A stretch of 64,000 nucleotides of DNA from Gemmatimonadota bacterium. GTDB taxonomy: Bacteria > Gemmatimonadota > Gemmatimonadetes > Gemmatimonadales > GWC2-71-9. Shown in pieces: positions 59,301-64,000 of this stretch (its first letter is position 1; each line of letters opens with the position of its first letter). Location: positions 12,797 through 76,796 of the forward strand of contig JANYKV010000087.1 of assembly GCA_025358055.1 (NCBI GenBank), given 5' to 3'. The notes beneath the pieces were generated by a model, which was not told the origin of the DNA, ran no database searches, and saw only the letters and a program-made list of their open reading frames with translations. The position numbers and the translations under genes are program-made.

Positions 59301-59521
59301 TCGGCCCGCGATCGTCGGCACCCAGTCTGGGCCAGATCGGCGGGGACCTCGCCGGACTGCTCGACGCGGTTTCCGGTGCGGACGCCACCCCGACGACCCA
59401 AGCGGAGGCGGCATTTGCCAATCTCAAACGGGCGCTGGCCGAGCAACTCAAGCAGTGGACGCAGTTGAAGGCGAAGGTTCTGAAATCCGGCGCCCCACGC
59501 ACATGCAGCGACGAATCGTAG
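56387..59521 (+). CDS. Exported VPS10/BNR-repeat beta-propeller protein (putative glycosyl hydrolase)
   Basis: WRMIGPFRGGR, repeated SxDxGxTW Asp-boxes, GTHGRGFWILD. Confidence 0.88.
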   Translation: MAVITRPARPWPLFALSLATLVSLALPTPIPAQQSDTGLFQEMRWRMIGPFRGGRTVGAAGVPTQPNVFYIGVNNGGVWKTTDFGRTWAPIFDDQPTGSIGDVAVAPSDPNVVYVGTGEGIQRPDLATGMGMFRSSDAGKTWKYLGLSDAQQIGSVAVDPINPNRVFVAVLGHPYGPNAERGVFRSLNGGETWEKVLYHDENTGAIQVVIDPSNPQVIYADLWAGRYAPWEAGPFNGPGSGLYKSTDGGTTWHPLTKGLPTIAEGLGRIGVSIARSEPNRLYANVDAETAHGGTYRSDDGGESWSRVNSEGRVWGRGMDFAEVEVDPKNADIIYVANTSTYKSIDGGKTFHAIKGAPGGDDYHRIWINPNNPEIILIASDQGATISVNAGQTWSSWYNQPTAQFYHVVTDNQFPYWVCGGQQESGSACVRSRGDHGAISFRDWYPVGVEEYGYVAPDPLHPNLIYGGKATVFDRNTFQTQNVGPEAVRSGKYRFVRTMPIIFSPVDQRTLYLASNVLFKTTNGGHSWEVISPDLTRESPEVPKNLGAFTGLDPEKGKHRGVIYSIAPSFQTVRTIWAGTEDGLIHLTRDGGKSWKNVTPSQLVPWAKVAQLEASHFDTLSAYAAINTFRLDDLNPHVYRTHDGGKTWQEIATGLPKGAIINTVREDPVRKGLLFAGSENAVYVSFNDGDRWYPLRVNMPATSIRDLVIHENDVVVGTHGRGFWILDDITPLRQLTPEAVGREPRLFKPATGIQVRRNNNPDTPLPPEEPVGQNPPDGVLIHYFLPTDAMGTVTLEILDGNGRVVRRFASDDQADPIDEKSLAIPLYWIRPARVLPGSAGLHRFVWDLHGPAPKVGNFDYPIAANYGDTPRHPLGVAMPAGQYTVRMTLNGKSQTEPLIIKMDPRVKTPAAGLARKFSIESGVVEMLERQHAALDEVRAARKRAQQAREATGSDTQSQLEKELADFEGTSRRFGPRSSAPSLGQIGGDLAGLLDAVSGADATPTTQAEAAFANLKRALAEQLKQWTQLKAKVLKSGAPRTCSDES

Positions 59522-59543
59522 ACCCGGCCGGCGGGGTAAACCG

Positions 59544-60596
59544 ATGCGGCTGACCAGCGTGATCCAAGCAGTAGATGCGCACGCGTGCGGAGAGCCCGGG
59601 CGGGTCATCGTGGGCGGCGTCCTCGATGTGCCGGGGAAGACGATGTTTGAGAAGATGAAACATCTGGAGCAGCACGGCGATGCGCTACGCAAACGCATGT
59701 TGCGCGAGCCTCGGGGCTATCCCGCGTTGTGCTGCAATGTGATCCTGCCGCCGACCCACCCCGACGCCGACGCGGGTTTCGTCATCATGGAACAGATGGA
59801 ATACCCTGGAATGTCGGGCAGCAATACGATCTGTGTCGCCACGGTGTTGCTGGAAACGGGAATGATTCCAATGCGCGAGCCGGTGACCGATCTCATTTTG
59901 GAGGCTCCAGCAGGACTCATTCGGATCCGCGCGGAATGCGCGAACAGCAAGGTGCAAAGTGTCACGTTCCAGAACGTGCCAGCGTTTGCGACCCACCTCG
60001 ATGCCGTCGTCGAGGTGCCTCAGCTCGGTACCGTCACCGTGGATGTGGCATACGGGGGCATGTTCTTCGTCATCGCGGATGCGCCAACGCTCGGCTTCCG
60101 ACTCACACCGGATGAGGGTCGAGACATCGTGCGGGTGAGCGAAATGATCAAGGCAGCGGCCCGAGAGCAGTTGCCGGTGGTTCATCCGCTCCATCCGGCC
60201 TTCGAAGGCGTCACCATCGCACAGCTGTCCGGCCCACCCGCTGCTCTTGGCGCCCGCCTCAAAAATGTGGTGACGGTGTCGACCGGTACTTTCGATTGGA
60301 ACCGGCGATCGACGTGGACGGGGGTCATCGATCGCTCGCCCTGCGGCACCGGAACCTGCGCCCGAATGGCCACCTTGTACGCGCGCGGCCAGTTGGCCTT
60401 GAATCAGGATTTCCGGCACGAGGGGATTTTGGGCACCGTGTTCACGGGACGACTCCTCGAAGAGACCACGGTGGGCAAGTACAGGGCTGTCGTGCCGACG
60501 ATTACCGGCCAGGCGTGGATCACGGGGATGGCGAGCTACTCCCTCGATGCCGACGACCCGTTTCCGGAAGGGTTTACAGTGGGAGACATCTGGTAG
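59544..60596 (+). CDS. Proline racemase superfamily protein (Ser/Cys dyad)
   Basis: HACGEPGR, EPRG, MSGSN, DVAYGG, DRSPCGTGT, DPFPEGF. Confidence 0.9.
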   Translation: MRLTSVIQAVDAHACGEPGRVIVGGVLDVPGKTMFEKMKHLEQHGDALRKRMLREPRGYPALCCNVILPPTHPDADAGFVIMEQMEYPGMSGSNTICVATVLLETGMIPMREPVTDLILEAPAGLIRIRAECANSKVQSVTFQNVPAFATHLDAVVEVPQLGTVTVDVAYGGMFFVIADAPTLGFRLTPDEGRDIVRVSEMIKAAAREQLPVVHPLHPAFEGVTIAQLSGPPAALGARLKNVVTVSTGTFDWNRRSTWTGVIDRSPCGTGTCARMATLYARGQLALNQDFRHEGILGTVFTGRLLEETTVGKYRAVVPTITGQAWITGMASYSLDADDPFPEGFTVGDIW

Positions 60597-60608
60597 ACCA
60601 TCCAATCC

Positions 60609-61128
60609 ATGCCTAACCGACCCATTGGGTTTCTTGATTCGCTCCTGCGTGACCTTTGTGCGGCGCTCCGATCAGTGCGTCGGCGTCCCGGAGTATCGAT
60701 CGTGCTGCTCCTGACTCTGACCCTGGGGATTGGGCTGCACACCGCCATAATTACCGCCGTTGACGCGATCCTGCTCCGCCCACCTCCCCTTCCGAACGCC
60801 GCTCGACTCTTCGAATTGTGGGTCCGTGGCGGCGCGATCCAAAGAATTTGGTGTCCGGATGGCCATCGGTGCCTCTACCCATTCCATCGCTATGCTTGTT
60901 TTCAAACGTGGAACGGTGCTCTTCTGCGCTGGGATTGTAATCGGGACCGCCCTGGGCTGGAGCGTCCTTCATCTGATCAGAGGACTTCTATTCGGGATCA
61001 AGGGGCTCGATCTCGTTGCGTTCGTCGCGATACCCCTCTTCCTCGCCGCCGCCGCGGCCGTGTCGGTATGGATGCCAGCGCGTCGCGCAGCAAAGACCGA
61101 TCCGATGGTGGTTCTGCGGTCAGAATAG
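60609..61128 (+). pseudogene. ADOP/MacB-FtsX permease relic with large internal deletion
   Basis: N-terminus (RDL..ALRS.RRRPG...LTLGIG..TAI...V..ILLRP.P) is joined out of frame near 60820 to the C-terminus (SV..RSKEFGVRMAIGA...PARRAAKTDPMVVLRSE). Confidence 0.85.
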
Positions 61129-61153
61129 AGGAATGGACCTCCATGCCGACTAT

Positions 61154-64000
61154 TTACCCGGCGCCGACCTCGCCCACCACCTCGTCCAGCGCCGCCAGAA
61201 ATCGATCGCAGTCTCCTTCATTGAACACCATCGGCGGCTTGATCTTGATCACATTGTAGAGCGGTCCGTCGATACTCAAGAGAATGCCACGCTGCTTCAT
61301 CCCCTCGATCACTTTTTTCGTTTCGACGCGCGCCGGTGTCAGCATCTCTCGGCTTGTCACCAGCTCAATTCCGACAAAAAGGCCCAACCCCCGGACGTCA
61401 CCGATGAGCGCGTGCTTGGCCTGGAGCACCCGGAGGCCATGCAGCATGCGAGTGCCCACGAGCAGCGCCCGCTGCCGGAGCCGTTCGTCCCGCATGACAT
61501 CCAGCACCGCGAGGCCGATCGCCATCGACACCGGGTTCCCGCCGAAGGTGTTGAAATACTCCATGCCGTTCGCGAATTTGGCCGCGATCTCCGGTGTGGT
61601 GACCACCGCGCCGAGTGGGTGTCCATTGCCGATGGGCTTGCCCATCGTGACGATATCGGGCACCACACCCTGAGTTTCGAACGCCCACATGTGGGTCCCG
61701 ACCCGGCCGAAGCCGACCTGCACTTCATCCGCGACACAAACGCCGCCGGCGGCGCGGACGCTGTCGTATGCTGCCCGCAGATACCCATCCGGCAGGACGA
61801 TCTGCCCGCCGCAGCTCAGGATCGATTCGGCGAAGAACGCTCCGACGCGGCGGCCCTCGCGAGTCACGCACTCGATTTGGCGCGCCACATCCTCCGCATA
61901 GCGGTGCCCGCAGGCCGGGTCTGAGGTCTTCCACCGACCCCGGTAACCGTCCGGCATTTCGCATACCCATGTCCGCGGCGGTCGTCCGGCGCCGCCCGGT
62001 CCGTTGAACTTGTAGGGTGAGAGGTCGATCAGCGACGTGAGGTTGCCGTGGTACGCCGCATCCACGACCAAGGTATCGGTTCCACCGGTAGCCGCCCGGG
62101 AGAGACGCAGGGCGAGATCGTTTGCTTCGCTGCCGGAGTTCACGAAGAAACACACGCTGAGCGGCTCGGGCAGCGTGGCCGTGAGCCGGCGGGCATATTC
62201 CACCGCTGCGTCGTGCAGGTACCTGGTGTTGGTGTTGAGTTCGGCCATCTGCGCTTGGCCGGCCCCCACTACACGGGGGTGACAGTGGCCGACATGACAC
62301 ACGTTGTTCACCATGTCGAGCCAGGCCCCGCCCGATTCGTCGTACAAGAATTGACCGGCTCCCCGAACAATTTTGAGTGGTTCGGCATACGACAAACTCA
62401 AAGACGGACTCAAGTGACGGCGCCGCTCGCGGGCAAGCGCCCCACGGTCGCGTTCCAGGGGCGCGGAAACGGCATCCCGAATTCCCAGCAGGATGTTGGG
62501 GTCCGGGCTGATGCTCTCCCACACACTGGTCTGACTCGGCTTGACGACGCCCTCAATGTCGGCGCCGCGTCCGATCAAATCCGTGAAGAGTTGGAGATGC
62601 AGGTGCGGTACCCAGTCGCCGTTGACCGGATGATCTCCGATCCAACCAATCACATCACCGCGGCGCACGAAGTCGCCCACGCGGTGTCGCTCGAGCGACG
62701 CCAGGCTCAGGTGGCCGTACAGGGTCCAGAAGGAGAGCCCCGTATCGGTCCGATGCTCCAGGATGACGACCGGACCGTAATCACCTGACGCCGAGTTATT
62801 GGCCGTCAGGTGCACTCGGCCATCAAGTGGTGCGCGAACCTCCTCCCCCGCACCCAGAAACACATCGACCCCCATGTGCACCGACCGGCGCTCCCCCGAA
62901 TGATCCGCCCGGAACAGGTCCGACGTGTAGACTCCGCGATGTTCTCGATAGCGCCCGATGCCAACGTCGTGACGGTCTCGCCGCATCCGATCGAAGACCG
63001 CTCGGGTCTTCCCGGCGGTATCCGGAATCGTGTTGATCTCGGCTAGCTCGTCGCTCCCTTCGCTCCAGTCGAAGATAGTCACCGGTGTTGCTCCTAGATC
63101 GAACCGGCACACCGAACCGATCTGCTCTCCCGCACGTATCAACCAATCGACGATCCGGCCGGCATTGGGGTTGGGAGGCCGGCCGCAGGCGTCCCGAAAT
63201 TGAAAGTGCGCGAAACGAGAGTTGATGGCCTGGAGCTGTTGGAGCAGCGTCCAAGCGTCGCGTTGGCTGATCAGCAGATACTCGTTTGCGGGGTCGCGGG
63301 CGTATTGCGAAGCCGCCATGCACATGCTCTGCGCCAGACGGGTACGGATGAGGTCAAGCAAAATCCCGAGTTCCGGATCCGTCAACGGATTCGCGTCGTG
63401 AAAACCCGCGATGAGAGGCAGTACCGCTGTGAGCGGGTCGACTTGCCCCATCATGCCGTAGGCGCAGGCGACGGCAAGCTCCGACACGACGTGGTCTTCG
63501 ACCATGTCGCCGAAATCAATCACGCCGACGACCTTGCCGTCGTCCCGCACCAAAACGTTGTAGTCGTTCGCGTCGTGATGGACCACCTGACGGCGCGTGG
63601 CTTCGAGGATGGGCTCTACGACCCCGACAAAATGCTCGAGAATGGCTCGCGCAAGTTCCCGTCGCTCCGGATCCGCAATGTGCGCCAGGAGGTCGCGATG
63701 TTCCGGTGCGCGCCGCATGGCCCAGAGGAGATGGCGCTGCATGGCGGGGTGGCTGACTTGGGCAAGGGCGCGATCGAGTCGGCCGAGGTAGTGACCCAGC
63801 CCGTATAACAGGCGAGGACTGTAGGGCCGATGTTCGGCCATCACGCCACCTGGCAACCAGGTCAACAGCCGGACCCAGCGCGTCGTCCCATCCGGTAGAG
63901 TCAATTTCGATGTTTCGTGTCCGTGGCGGTCGCGAACGACCGACATGGCTGTGAGCCCCTGGCCATGTTGAGCGACGTGGGCGAGGGCGTGGTTCTGGAA
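61154..64000 (-). CDS. Phosphotransferase - M23 - class III aminotransferase fusion (hydroxylysine kinase/phospho-lyase-like), 5' end outside the window
   Basis: HHDANDYN and IDFGD kinase motifs; HMGVD, YGHL and HLH M23 motifs; DEVQVGFGR and GKPIGNG PLP domain; frame open to 64000. Confidence 0.88.
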   Translation of the reverse strand, partial: FQNHALAHVAQHGQGLTAMSVVRDRHGHETSKLTLPDGTTRWVRLLTWLPGGVMAEHRPYSPRLLYGLGHYLGRLDRALAQVSHPAMQRHLLWAMRRAPEHRDLLAHIADPERRELARAILEHFVGVVEPILEATRRQVVHHDANDYNVLVRDDGKVVGVIDFGDMVEDHVVSELAVACAYGMMGQVDPLTAVLPLIAGFHDANPLTDPELGILLDLIRTRLAQSMCMAASQYARDPANEYLLISQRDAWTLLQQLQAINSRFAHFQFRDACGRPPNPNAGRIVDWLIRAGEQIGSVCRFDLGATPVTIFDWSEGSDELAEINTIPDTAGKTRAVFDRMRRDRHDVGIGRYREHRGVYTSDLFRADHSGERRSVHMGVDVFLGAGEEVRAPLDGRVHLTANNSASGDYGPVVILEHRTDTGLSFWTLYGHLSLASLERHRVGDFVRRGDVIGWIGDHPVNGDWVPHLHLQLFTDLIGRGADIEGVVKPSQTSVWESISPDPNILLGIRDAVSAPLERDRGALARERRRHLSPSLSLSYAEPLKIVRGAGQFLYDESGGAWLDMVNNVCHVGHCHPRVVGAGQAQMAELNTNTRYLHDAAVEYARRLTATLPEPLSVCFFVNSGSEANDLALRLSRAATGGTDTLVVDAAYHGNLTSLIDLSPYKFNGPGGAGRPPRTWVCEMPDGYRGRWKTSDPACGHRYAEDVARQIECVTREGRRVGAFFAESILSCGGQIVLPDGYLRAAYDSVRAAGGVCVADEVQVGFGRVGTHMWAFETQGVVPDIVTMGKPIGNGHPLGAVVTTPEIAAKFANGMEYFNTFGGNPVSMAIGLAVLDVMRDERLRQRALLVGTRMLHGLRVLQAKHALIGDVRGLGLFVGIELVTSREMLTPARVETKKVIEGMKQRGILLSIDGPLYNVIKIKPPMVFNEGDCDRFLAALDEVVGEVGAG

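Noticed and set aside
1-64000. Integrase, transposase, prophage or rRNA/tRNA genes
   Set aside because: No tyrosine/serine recombinase, DDE or phage structural motifs, and no RNA-gene signatures, were recognised by eye.

Overview
GC-rich bacterial DNA. The SusC/RagA-type TonB receptor, ADOP permease relic, PadR partner pair and VPS10/BNR protein suggest Gemmatimonadota or Acidobacteriota (inference). Four blocks: (1) 0-8.8 kb, a polyamine uptake and catabolism locus (gabT-potABCD-patA plus a downstream TonB receptor), divergent from an orphan carboxyspermidine/saccharopine dehydrogenase-like gene, with an aldehyde dehydrogenase at 12.5 kb; (2) about 8.8-38 kb, an accessory belt of short, unrelated, mostly minus-strand genes and gene stubs, with a TA pair, one complete attC-like site (37646-37770) and several eroded attC-like halves just upstream of start codons, which reads as a decaying integron cassette array with no integrase in view; (3) 38-54 kb, a beta-oxidation operon, a stand-alone PGM1-like ATP-grasp ligase, an ABC-2 exporter and the pgl-glk-gnd-zwf operon; (4) 54-64 kb, GNAT, an atypical HhH-GPD glycosylase, a VPS10-type protein, a Ser/Cys proline-racemase homologue, an internally deleted ADOP pseudogene and a kinase-M23-class III aminotransferase fusion. 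No rRNA, tRNA, CRISPR array, integrase or transposase was recognised. All calls come from reading motifs by eye; no searches were run.
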